Assembly (NCBI GenBank): GCA_004764695.1
Contig: SMSO01000006.1
Location: 1,069,859 to 1,133,858 of the forward strand
Source: Schizochytrium sp. TIO01
Lineage: Eukaryota > Protista > Bigyra: Labyrinthulomycetes
DNA: 64,000 bases
Direction: 5' to 3'
The stretch's first letter is position 1, and the number at the start of each line of letters is the position of its first letter. A program made the translations under genes and the position numbers. The notes beneath the pieces were generated by a model. It worked only from the letters and a program-made list of their open reading frames with translations, was not told where the DNA came from and did no database searches. Below, piece by piece: positions 45,264 through 56,200 of this stretch.

Positions 45264-48200
45264 TTACTTGCCGGCAGCCTGCGGGGCATGAGTGTAGTCG
45301 AAGATAACCTCGTACATCTCCCAACTCTGCAGAGTGTACACGAGCACATTTGCACCCTGGGACTTGCCCTTCTTGCTGCCATCGTCGTAGGCCATCCAGC
45401 AGTATTCCACAGAAGCACCGTATTTGTAAATCTTGCGGTACCAGAAGTCCTGGGTGATCTCAAGCTTGCCACCAGGGGCCTCCTGGAGGAAGTGGATACC
45501 ATCCTTATCAACACCAATGGTAATGTCGTCGGGGGTATCGGCCTGGCGACCAGCAAAGAGTGTCATACCGTAGACAGGACTCTTCTTACATACATTGACG
45601 AAGTACTGGCGGAGCTTAGATGGGTTGCGCGACATCTTGACCCCGAGGTTGACAGCAACGCGGGCCCAGTCCTCAGGCCGCTTGCGGCGGCGCCAATCCG
45701 GGCTGAGGTTCTCCACAAGCAAAGCTCCGGAGAGATCCTCAGGCTTGGGCAGCTTGTACTTGTCTGACTGCAGAGCCAAAGCAAGCAGAGCTGCCTCTGC
45801 AGCGTGGGCCTCCTCATTGAATACAAGGTCTCCAGCGCGGATGTCGCCCAGGAGCTGCCAAAAGAGGAGCTCATCACCTTCATCAATATTGTCGAGGAAC
45901 AAACGGCGCTTGAACTCGAAGAGAGGTTCTTTGCCCTGTGCCGTCATGCGCAGGAAGACGTCTCCCATATGAGACCACCACGGCAGAGGCCATGCGGAGA
46001 CGGGCGCCGGGGGTGGCTTACGATTGGTTGTAAGACCCAGCATCTTCGCGGCATGGAGTGCGCCGGTGACGGAGGCAGAGAGGAATCCCTTCTTCTTGCT
46101 ATCGTCCTCCTCAGGCTCAGGACCGTACTTCTCCATAAGCTTGGCAAAAAGTTCGTCTTCCTTGCCAGCCCAGTGCTCGAGGAAGAGGTCGATGTGCTTG
46201 AGCTTGTCCGGGTTGTAGTGCTTGTAAAAGCGCTTAAGACGATCGCGAGGGTTCATCTTACCAGTTTCCTTGGCATCCTTCACAAAGATACCGTACACAG
46301 AGGTCTCAGGGTCATCCTCAATGTTGTTCTGGCGGCGGATGAGCTCGAGCACCTGACCGATGCGGAGGTCCGGGGACACAGGGTACTGCACAATGTTGCC
46401 CTTGATCATCTTGATCGAGGCAAGGACGGGAGGACGCTTGCGGTAGCTCTGGATCTCCTCAAGGTTAGGCTTGAAGAAGGAGGCGCCAAGCTCAATGGTG
46501 GCATCAAGCTGCACAATACAGAGCGAGGCGTAGTTACCCTGGAGACCAGCAAGGGATTGGTGACGAATAAGGAAGTTGAGCAAGAAGTTCGTGAATTGCT
46601 CGGTCGGGGGGAAAGTCTTGGTGGCCATGCACATGAGCAGCCAGGCACGATCGGCGGACTCCGGCTTTGGGTTGGCGTGAATGTGCTTGCAAAGCTGCAT
46701 GTAGATCTCGTCGCACATCTCAGGGTCCTCGAGGCCCTTGACTAAAATGTATTGAGCAAGTGTCGCCGGGAAACTGGTCGACATCTCACCACAGTACTGG
46801 AGAATGGCGCGGTTTACACGCAAAGCAGTGCGGTTCTGCTCATCAGAGAGGGCGAGCAAACTCTTGGGAATGGGCTTGTTACGGGCCCAGAGCTTGTGCT
46901 TCGCGGCCATAACACGCTCATCAGCAGGGAGGGGCTCGGTGAAGTCCTCATCAGTGCGCAGGCGGTAGTAGTTCTTGAGGTCGTATACAGAGTCGTCGCG
47001 AGATGCCTCAAGACGTGCTGCATGGGCCTCTGAAGCAAGACTTGCCAAACGCCGCATTGACTGCTCCTCAATGTCGTCCTTGGACGCCTCGCGAAGCTTC
47101 TCGAGGCGCTCTTGGCGGCTCGAAGCGAGCGCATCTGCGTTCTCATGAGCCTCGACCTGCTGAATATCGCCGACCCAGTAACGGACCTTCTTGGCCTCCT
47201 TCGTGGCAATACCGAGCTCCTGGCACTGAGCGAGGAGCTCGATCAGGGTGTCCTTGTTGCGCCTCTTTACGTTGAGCTTCTCCTTCGCCGGGGCGCTCTC
47301 TACATCCTTACAGATCTCAACAAGCTTAGCCTGAACCTTGGCCTGGTTGTCAATGCGCTCAAGGAGGCCTTCGGCGTCCTTGATTGCAGGCGACATCTCC
47401 GCATCGAGACCTGTATCCTTTGCCTCCTTGAGAGCAGCCTCGAGACTCTGCAGGTCCGATTCGTGGACTCCATCCTCTGATTGCGCCTTGTGCTGCACAG
47501 AGCGGACTTCTGCTGCAAGTGCTGCGGTCTTGTCCCTGGCAGATTCCAATTTCTGCCGGAGAACCATTGCTTGCTTCACAATTTCGTTCTCCTCGAGACC
47601 AATCTTGAGTACGGCGACCTCGAGATCGAGCAAAGTTGTAAGGTCCCTTCTTTCCATAGCTTCCTCGAGCTCCCTGAGAAGACGGGTCTTCTCGTTCTCG
47701 TGTTCTCTGGACCACTGGGCCTGCTCCTTGACGAACTCCTCGGCACGTGCGATGAGCTCGTCGTCGCTGGAGACACCCAAACTGACAAGCCTGTTCATGC
47801 ACTCGCGCACCTTGGCCACATTGCTGTCCTTGAGGGCGCCCTCGAGGTCGCTACGCACATGCTCTTCCTCCTCAAGGCGGTTGAGAAGAGCCTCTGCATC
47901 ACGGGCCTCGACAGCATTGCCAATGTTCTGGCGGTCAGCAAGTTTGAGTGCCTCGCGAAGAGCATTCTTGTCGGCCTTGTCAACGGCGTCACGAAGGGCG
48001 GCGCGAACCTTGCGGTTCTCGATGATACGCTCCTCGGTGTCGTGAGCACGTGCAAGGAGAGCATCGTCCTTGAGCTTGATCTTGTCGGCAGCCTTGAGAG
48101 CCGACTGGATCTCGGCAAGATCCTCGGACTCGATAGCTGCTGTGAGCAGGTTGGTCACACGCTCGATCTCGCGGAGAATGGCCAACTTGGCCTGGGCGTC

Positions 48201-50744
48201 CTGGATCTGGGGCAGATGACGACCACCAAAGGGAAGATCTCCAACAGCAAGGAGTGCCTTCTCCAGAGGACCAGATTTGCCTTCCTTGAGGGCAGAGCTG
48301 ACGTTGGTGAGAATCTCCTGCCACTCGTGGAACTTCATGCGGGCAAGGAAGCCACGGACAGCACGTTGTGCGACAATGACGGAGTCTGTGAGCACGCGCT
48401 CGCGCTCGGTCTCGATAATCTCGTATTGCTGGTCACGCATAAAGACCTTGGCGTTACCGACGGCATAATCGTGGGGATCCAGAATACCGTCCTTCTCAAG
48501 TGAAGCACAAAGCGCCTTAGCGTCAGTGTTGCCAATGCTCGCGGAGTCTTTGGCAAGGATGCGGTAGGAGAGCACAAACTGCTTGAACTCCTTGCGGACA
48601 GGGAAACCGAGCTTGCGGATGCGGCAGACCTCGAGCACACCTGCGTAGCGCAGCTGGTCAAGAACCATGTGGCTTGTGAAGCGGTTAGGCAGCTTCTCTG
48701 CGTTGGGCTTAACACAGCGAACGAAGGAAGGCTCAGTGGACTGCAAACGATCCATGAGAACGTTAAGCTGGTCGCGGAATTGGATTCCCAAACTCTTCTT
48801 CTTGGCATCAGGGTCGACAGTTGCCTTGAAAAGCTTGCAAAGAAGGTCGTTCTTGGAAGTGATACCGGCCTCGTAAAGACCACGCTGCAGAATATCGCGG
48901 TTCTTTTCAACAAAGCCGTCGACGTTGTAGGCAACGTTACCAGCGTAGTGCAAGAAGACGAAGCAGTTCTTCAAGTGAGCGTCCTTCTTACCCATCTTGG
49001 GCTCGGAGATAATACCATCACTAGTGGGCGCCATGCTGAGGATCTTTTCCAGGATAACAGAGTCAGCAACATCACGACCAGACTTGATAGCTTCGTCGAT
49101 CACACTAAGGATACCCTGTCCACGACCCTGGTCAATCACCTTGATCACATTTGAGTTATCCTTGAACTCGAACTTGTCAAGCTTCACGCCCTCGCGCTCG
49201 TACTCGGCCATCTCCAGCTTGAAGATATGGTCATTGAAGTGGCCTTGAAGACGCTCGTTGGTGTAGTTGATGCACAATTGCTCGAAGGAGTTCTTCTCGA
49301 AGTCCTCAAAACCAAAGATATCGAGGACGCCAATGTTACGGATTTCCTTTGCAGACGTGCTTACCTTCGCGAGGGACTCGTTGATACGGTCAATCAGGTA
49401 GTCAAAGAGAACAGAGTAGATGGCCTTCGCGAGGGCATCACGGGCATCACCTGCTTTGACAGCGTCAAGACCAGACCAAATAGGAGACTGTCCAGGCACA
49501 CGACGGAGGGTGTTGGTGATGGCCTGGCCAAGAGTAGCTGGGTCAATGGAGAGCTGGCTGGCAGCAAGATCAAGCATATCTTTGTTCTTGATGGAGCAAG
49601 TGTCGCTCTTGCCGGCATCAAACTGGATGTTGCCGAGGTGAAGAATACCACAGAGGAGCGAGATGATGCAATCCACTTCGGAATCCTTGAGGGCGATGAC
49701 CTCCATGGCACGACGAGTAGACTGCCACTCGTCAGAGTCATCGAGCCCGTCAATGGTAATGGCAGATCGCTTGCTCTGGTTCAAGAAGTAGTACTGACTG
49801 GCATCAGAAAGCTGGTACTTGGACTTGAGGTCAGGGTCAATCTGGGCAGCGGCACACAGCTGGTAAAAGATGTGATAGTTACGCTCACCCTCGCCCTGGG
49901 TCACAAGACGACTCTTTTCGAGCAGATAGTTCTGTACACTGCCTCCAAGGATGGCACCGGCACCGCTAAATTCTACGTTGATAAACTTACCGAAACGGGA
50001 AGAGTTATCGTTACGCACAGTCTTGGCGTTGCCAAAGGCTTCCATCAGAGGGTTGGCTTCGAGCACCTTCTGCTGAAGGCTCTCGTCGCCGGGGCCAGAG
50101 GAAGTCATTCCCTTCGCCTCCATCTCGCGACGCGACTTCTCAGCAATGTACTGAAGAAAGAGCTTGGTTGCCTCAGTCTTACCGGCACCGGACTCACCGG
50201 AGACAATGCAGGACTGGTCAGCCTCCTCGAGCTTGTTGCTCTGCATGGCGCGGAAAGAGTCGTCGGCGACACCGTAAATATGGGGCGGGAGGTTGCGAGA
50301 ACCCTTAGCAAGGTAGTCATCCATAACCTGAGGATCGTAGATGGGAAGCATCTTGAAAGGGTTGAGTGAGATGAGAATCTTGGACACCCACGTGTAGATG
50401 TTGTCCTGGTCGTAACGGAGCTTCAAGTTGTAGTGGATCGAGGCCTCATCAAGGCTCTTGAGCTGCACCATATCGTCAATGGACTCGAGAGACTCCTTCT
50501 CCATACGAATACATTTTGCCGAGTCCTCAGCAGACAAGCGGATCGGCTTGGAGAGACTTTGCCTGAAGCTCTTGCGGCTCTTGGACTTACGGCTTGAGCT
50601 CTTGCGGCTCTTGGCCTTGACCGTCACACGACGCACCTGGCCAGCGCTACCGCGCTCGAACTTGGCCACTACCTGGGCCGGGACCATGTACTCGTCATCA
50701 TCAGGGATCCAGATGTACTCGTCAGCAGGGAAAACGTTCGCCAT
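45264..50744 (-). CDS. Unconventional myosin heavy chain with IQ, helical neck, MyTH4 and FERM-like tail
   Basis: P-loop GESGAGKT, switch I NDNSSRFGK, switch II DIFGFE, IQ-like AQRAVRGFLAR, MyTH4 DEIYMQLCK...AWLLM...TFPP, and FERM-type C-terminus SPVYGMTLF...IGVDKDGIHFL. Intronless, 1826 aa. Confidence 0.96.
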   Translation of the reverse strand: MANVFPADEYIWIPDDDEYMVPAQVVAKFERGSAGQVRRVTVKAKSRKSSSRKSKSRKSFRQSLSKPIRLSAEDSAKCIRMEKESLESIDDMVQLKSLDEASIHYNLKLRYDQDNIYTWVSKILISLNPFKMLPIYDPQVMDDYLAKGSRNLPPHIYGVADDSFRAMQSNKLEEADQSCIVSGESGAGKTEATKLFLQYIAEKSRREMEAKGMTSSGPGDESLQQKVLEANPLMEAFGNAKTVRNDNSSRFGKFINVEFSGAGAILGGSVQNYLLEKSRLVTQGEGERNYHIFYQLCAAAQIDPDLKSKYQLSDASQYYFLNQSKRSAITIDGLDDSDEWQSTRRAMEVIALKDSEVDCIISLLCGILHLGNIQFDAGKSDTCSIKNKDMLDLAASQLSIDPATLGQAITNTLRRVPGQSPIWSGLDAVKAGDARDALAKAIYSVLFDYLIDRINESLAKVSTSAKEIRNIGVLDIFGFEDFEKNSFEQLCINYTNERLQGHFNDHIFKLEMAEYEREGVKLDKFEFKDNSNVIKVIDQGRGQGILSVIDEAIKSGRDVADSVILEKILSMAPTSDGIISEPKMGKKDAHLKNCFVFLHYAGNVAYNVDGFVEKNRDILQRGLYEAGITSKNDLLCKLFKATVDPDAKKKSLGIQFRDQLNVLMDRLQSTEPSFVRCVKPNAEKLPNRFTSHMVLDQLRYAGVLEVCRIRKLGFPVRKEFKQFVLSYRILAKDSASIGNTDAKALCASLEKDGILDPHDYAVGNAKVFMRDQQYEIIETERERVLTDSVIVAQRAVRGFLARMKFHEWQEILTNVSSALKEGKSGPLEKALLAVGDLPFGGRHLPQIQDAQAKLAILREIERVTNLLTAAIESEDLAEIQSALKAADKIKLKDDALLARAHDTEERIIENRKVRAALRDAVDKADKNALREALKLADRQNIGNAVEARDAEALLNRLEEEEHVRSDLEGALKDSNVAKVRECMNRLVSLGVSSDDELIARAEEFVKEQAQWSREHENEKTRLLRELEEAMERRDLTTLLDLEVAVLKIGLEENEIVKQAMVLRQKLESARDKTAALAAEVRSVQHKAQSEDGVHESDLQSLEAALKEAKDTGLDAEMSPAIKDAEGLLERIDNQAKVQAKLVEICKDVESAPAKEKLNVKRRNKDTLIELLAQCQELGIATKEAKKVRYWVGDIQQVEAHENADALASSRQERLEKLREASKDDIEEQSMRRLASLASEAHAARLEASRDDSVYDLKNYYRLRTDEDFTEPLPADERVMAAKHKLWARNKPIPKSLLALSDEQNRTALRVNRAILQYCGEMSTSFPATLAQYILVKGLEDPEMCDEIYMQLCKHIHANPKPESADRAWLLMCMATKTFPPTEQFTNFLLNFLIRHQSLAGLQGNYASLCIVQLDATIELGASFFKPNLEEIQSYRKRPPVLASIKMIKGNIVQYPVSPDLRIGQVLELIRRQNNIEDDPETSVYGIFVKDAKETGKMNPRDRLKRFYKHYNPDKLKHIDLFLEHWAGKEDELFAKLMEKYGPEPEEDDSKKKGFLSASVTGALHAAKMLGLTTNRKPPPAPVSAWPLPWWSHMGDVFLRMTAQGKEPLFEFKRRLFLDNIDEGDELLFWQLLGDIRAGDLVFNEEAHAAEAALLALALQSDKYKLPKPEDLSGALLVENLSPDWRRRKRPEDWARVAVNLGVKMSRNPSKLRQYFVNVCKKSPVYGMTLFAGRQADTPDDITIGVDKDGIHFLQEAPGGKLEITQDFWYRKIYKYGASVEYCWMAYDDGSKKGKSQGANVLVYTLQSWEMYEVIFDYTHAPQAAGK

Positions 50745-53137
50745 GGTTGCTTAAACGCGATTTATATGTTCTGCGCGCAAGGTTCCACTGTCAAACTACA
50801 CAAGGGTAGGTGTAATAACCTAGCAAAGAAGTAAATGAAGACAAAGAAAAAAACAAAAAACACAGCTGGTGCACGCGCAATTACAGCAGCGACGAGCAAC
50901 CAAACCTAGTCAACAAAAACAACACTGATTAGCTCCACGCTCCAACACACAGAGATACGTAGGTAATGAGCAAGAGATCAAGTGATCTGCGCGTCTTCAA
51001 TGAAGCAGACGCGAGTCACCCAAACAAACTCGAGCACAGCGCTTCGAGTTGAGTTTTGCCAGGTAGCGAAAGTACTACCTACTGCCGCCACGTGCGTAGT
51101 AAGTCAACAACAAGTCGAGCTCCTCCGCGAGTCGCTGGTAGAATCGATAGAAAAGAGGTCTGTCTCGGACCTCGCGTACGAGCGGAGCCTTGCTCACGCT
51201 CTAGTTGATTGATTGTTTGTTTGTTTGATCGATAGATCGATCGATCGTTGAAGAATCGATCGATTCTATTTATGTGCAATCCAGGTCTGCTGCGTGCGCA
51301 TCGACCCAGCGAGGATGCGGCCCTCTTACTCCAGTGAGGTGGTGCTCTGCCCACCTCCACACCTACTCATCTGTGGGTAGTTTGTGAGGGCATTAATTTT
51401 AATTTGTAGAGCTCCCATACCAAATTTCGTGCACGCGCCCTTTTCATACAGAAAGGGCCGGATATAGCTGCGGGATAATTAACGTGACTATATAGTCCTT
51501 TTATGACACACATCCGTCTCTAGCTCCACTGGTAAATTATACCCTCCTCCACTGGAAAATCTCCATGTGTGAGTTAGTCATCTAATAGCTATTAAAGTAG
51601 TACCCCCCACAGCCCATTGAAGTGCGTACTCCTCTTCAGAGTGCCGTGAGAAAGTGCACAATATCTAGGAGGGGACTCTTTCTCTGTTTCACTATTCCAT
51701 CTCACACGAGTGAGTAGCGAAGTTCCTACCATAAACCATAAGAAGTCGGCCCTGTTTAGTTCGGGCGCTTTCTCAGGCTGTCTTCTTTTTTGCTTTACTT
51801 TAGTTTACATTTTTTGCAAACTTAAAAAGTCATTAATCTGCCTCGAAACAAACAGAACTTGCAGGATTTCAATCCTCAGGCTTTCCAAGTTCGCTCGCTC
51901 GCTCGCTCGCTCGCTCACTTTATATTGTTTCTCAATCGTTGCTTGCACTAGCAGCAGTCGGGGCTACACTCCTGAGCAACTATAGGGATCGAAAGGTAGA
52001 GTGAGTGCACGATGAATATTGCAATTTTCAAGTCACTCTCTGACTTCTTCGTTGCCATGGTCAATAAGAAGTTCTTCTTCCTTTTCCCTGCACTTTTTTA
52101 TTATTTATTTTTTAGTATTATTACCCGCATTACCGTGATCACTTTTTATTTTATTTTATTTAAAACTAAAAGTTTTAAAAAATGATGAACAGTAACAGCA
52201 ACAATAAGAGAAAAGGAAAAAGTAGAAACCATAGTTTATTTCGAAAGCGGCTTAATGAACGAAAAAGCAAAAGAAAGAAAGCAAAACTTGACTAAAAGCG
52301 GCGCAAGCCCATCCTGCACAGAGTCCCCTCCTCGCTCCAGCGATAGGAGAAAGAGGAGCGAGCGGCCACAAACGAGACCGCGCGAGCCGCAGAGCTGCGA
52401 GCCAGCTTGCTTCTCGTTCCCTCGCTCAACTCTGCCCGTCATCCCAAACACAAGGATGCCTCGCTGCCCTTTCTCTCTCTCTATTTTATGGTTATTGTCA
52501 CTTCGACCTTTTGATAAACAATCTGAGAATGCATACATATTTTCTATTTATTCTTTCATTCATTTTAGCTCAAATAACTTGAACGTCAATACGACATACG
52601 ATAAGTTAATTTGAAAAGAAAAAGAAAAAGAAAGAAAAGTGATTAGCCTGAATGATGGTGATAACACGAAGTAATTCACTCGGTTTAGGATTGCATAGGT
52701 ATGATTGCTTTCAAAGTAAACACTGTCACACAGCGAGGCTTTCGTAGTTCCTCGGAAATACTAAATGAGAAATCTTGTCTTGTTGAGCAAATGGCAGCAA
52801 TACTTAGGGAAAAGGTACGCTATCTATGATAGTGCTATAGTTCAAGATAAATCATTTTCACAAAGAGTTTTTCTTTTCTCCCTTACACGCACGCACGTGC
52901 ACTCACTCTCTGCTTGCTTGCTTGCTTGCTCGCTTGCTTGCTTGCGTGCGTGAGGTTTTGCACAGACCCCGGAGCTTTCGAAGGACCTCGCGTCAGGCAG
53001 GCTGCAGCGCCGGGGCCAGCTCAAGCGAATGTCGTCGAGAAAGAAGTCAGAGAGGCTTCGTGTGTCCAAAAGTTTATCTTCTTCAACTAAAGCCCTTTTT
53101 CGCGAGGAACTTGAGGTGCACACACGCGCTGCATAAC

Positions 53138-53138
<1 letters not shown>

Positions 53139-53168
<30 letters not shown>

Positions 53169-53234
53169 CATACATACATACATACATACATACATACATA
53201 CATACATACATACATACATACATACATACATACA
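53139..53234. repeat. (TACA)24 microsatellite
   Basis: Seen directly in the sequence. Confidence 0.95.
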
Positions 53235-56200
53235 GCCAACTTATCAGCAGACAGATAGACTCAGAGAAGAGTGGCTGATCCATAAAGATGTAAGCTCTCG
53301 GAGGTTGCTGCATTAGCATCTCCTACCTGCTATCGTGCACAATGATCGTCAGCGGGTCACAGCCCAAGCGGAGGAACCTAGGAAGTAGGTCGTGGGCGTC
53401 AAGGTGTGAGGGGACCCCAGCGGAGAGAATAAAGGAGAGGGAATACCCTCGCTCGAGGCGTGCACGTGCTGGTCAGGAATAAAAGGGCTTTTCTCCTATG
53501 CCGCTGTAGTGATGGCAGTGGCAGGTAGTAGATAGCTAGCCAGCTATAGCTATAGCTGGCGGTAAATGCAAAGTCGCCTAGATGGAATTCTTGTTCTTTA
53601 GCGAGGTGCTCTGTTTTGGCTTGGCAGGGTTTATGGGGTGCTTGAACTGCGCCTTGGGAAATGCTGGGGAAGGCTGACTTGGCTTGGGGTTTGCCTTCTG
53701 GTCTGGGGATTAGGGATGAAGTCGGGCAAGGATAGTCGTTGCGTCACGGTTCACTCGAGCTGACGTGCGAACGAAACAATAGTTTTGCGAAGCACTACTG
53801 TACTAGTTCTGACTGCCTGCTTCAAGAAAGACGTGGTGACTACACTTGAGTGATCGTGCATCTTCAAATTGGCAGACTTGAAGGAATAGCTACCTGCAGG
53901 ACCCGCTCGCATGCGTAGACCAACACATTTTGTAAATTAAGTTGGAAACCGATTCTAGCCAGCTAGTTCCTGTACGATGATTCTCCAGCGTTTTCGTCTC
54001 CTTTACTTTGTGGCTTTCGAATCAAGCTCTGATATCTGCCTCGCAGGTACGTAGTATTTATTTTTCTGAATAAAAGGTACCTAGTACCTAGTTCTAGGAA
54101 AACCCTACCGCCAGAACCAACCTTAACCTGAGGATAGCGTTATACCGAGCGACTTGGGCTTACAAATTCAACCTAAAGTTGTTGATTGAACTTTAGCTCT
54201 GCACTCCTTATTGTTCAATCAGCGGTTCAATCAGCAAGGCCACTAGGTACTAACTAGTCTAGTATCTCAAAGTTTCCAAGACAATTTTTCGCGACAAGGC
54301 TGTTGTCTATTTGATGATTCGTCCCCGCTAGTAGAGACCATGGCAGTGGCGGCACACCGTGAGTATCGTGGTGTGAATGTGTCCACTCTCAAAGCACAAT
54401 TTCATTTACTGCTTTCATATTTGTGTTACTCCTAGTAACATTATAAGTATTTAGGTCGAATAGTTCACTTACATTGAACTGAAAGGTCGTGTTCCTTACC
54501 CTGCCTCTACTCACTCTCGCACATTGCTAGTGAAATGCAAAGACGTGCCTTGGCACTGTCGAAAATCACATCGCTGGCGCGATGGGATCGAGCGAACTGC
54601 TATCATTTTGCACAAGAAAAGGGATGTACCCACGATCAGTGTTCGAAGTTCGATTTCAGACTCAACTTCGTCTCCTTTACCTATTTACTATAATATACTA
54701 TTAGTATCGACAATCTCCATCCTCCGCCAACGCTGATTTGTCTTTAAACCCAAATAGTCTATCCTTCTTCTTGAGTAACCTACACGATTCTACGCTTGAT
54801 TCGCTGACTTTCACATGTTTCTTTCATTTTCTCCAAGCTGGTGCATTTTAAACCTTTTCAATCTTAAAAACAAATATTAAAATTTTAAAACACCTTTATT
54901 TGTTAAAATAGAAAGTTTGTATTACTTTTTAAGTAAAACATATGTGGCATAGGCCCACAACTAACAATCAGTAATCATTTGATTCAGAGTTTGGCTGGCT
55001 CATCGGAATTCACAGCGGCACGCGCTCCGCAACTCTGGGTAGGCGCCAGAACGAGCTCGAAGAGCATGATAGATTCTTAAGAGTAGCCGGCAGCAGCTTT
55101 TGGGAAGAGAATACACTCAGCCAGTGCCTGCCCCACGAGTTCGAGCTGTAAGCCCGCAGAAATTGCTATTCTTCTCCTTGATCAATGATTTACATTTCAT
55201 GTTTTCAATAGTACTTCTTATTATTTAATAAAATAAAGAATTAAAAAATATCTACGTAGGCTAATAATAACATGTGGATTAAAATGAAAATGTTTCTTTT
55301 TTTCTTTCAAATTTTAAAATAAAAAACAAACAAAAACTTGAAAAACATTGTTTTCTGTTTAGATAATTCCAAAGTTCAAGCTTAAATTTCTAAATAGAAT
55401 CAGGTCGTGTTGTGGAACTCTACCTAAATTTAGCTAGAGAGAAAACGGTAGCCACCATGGATCAGATGGCCTTTGCTTTGATAGATGACGATATGATTTC
55501 GACTTGAGATATGCTAGCTTCCCCACCTTCGATCAGTTTTTACTTGTTTAACTTCTTGTTCAACTTCATGTTCAACTTCCTTCATGTTCGCTTTTGATGA
55601 TTCGCTTCATCCAGTTGTTTAAAACATCGACGCAGGTCCTCAACGGATCAGCTCGCTCGCTTGCTCGCTCGCCTAGAAATCACACGCCCGCTCGATCGCT
55701 TTCGCTCTCTCAGAACTCTACATCTCTCCAGGTACCTTCGCCAATCGCTGGTCGCGGCAGCTCCTGATGTCTATCTGAGGATTCCAAGTATTGATGATAT
55801 TGGCCACCGTCGCGGCTTGTACCAGCTTATAATCGATTCGTTCGCCGCACCTTGCAGCTGATTTGGGCAAGGAACTCGCTGTCAACCCTGCGGATGCTAC
55901 CTTGCAATGTTCACAACGTTCTGGACCTCTTCCTCTAACTCGATGGTGTCAAGGTCGCTTCTGATGGTGGTGACAATCTCTGAGACAGCCTTTGTAATAT
56001 CATGTCATGGCACGTGCAACTCGACTGGGAGGAGGACTTTCTCAAAGTTATTGCTAGTGATGACAACCATTGCTCTATCGAATTGTTTATAAATCAGATT
56101 GTCATTTGATAACAACTAAAGTGCAGCCGTTGTGCCCAATGTGGACTGGTTTTAACACAATGTCCAGGCAAAATGGTGAGCACAAGTCGATTCGCCACCA

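Noticed and set aside
45288-50369. Long plus-strand ORFs (313, 340, 380 aa) opposite the myosin
   Set aside because: These are antisense shadows caused by strong GC3 codon bias and show no independent motifs.
52842-53319. MYVC/HTYI repeat ORFs
   Set aside because: They are translations of the (TACA)n microsatellite.
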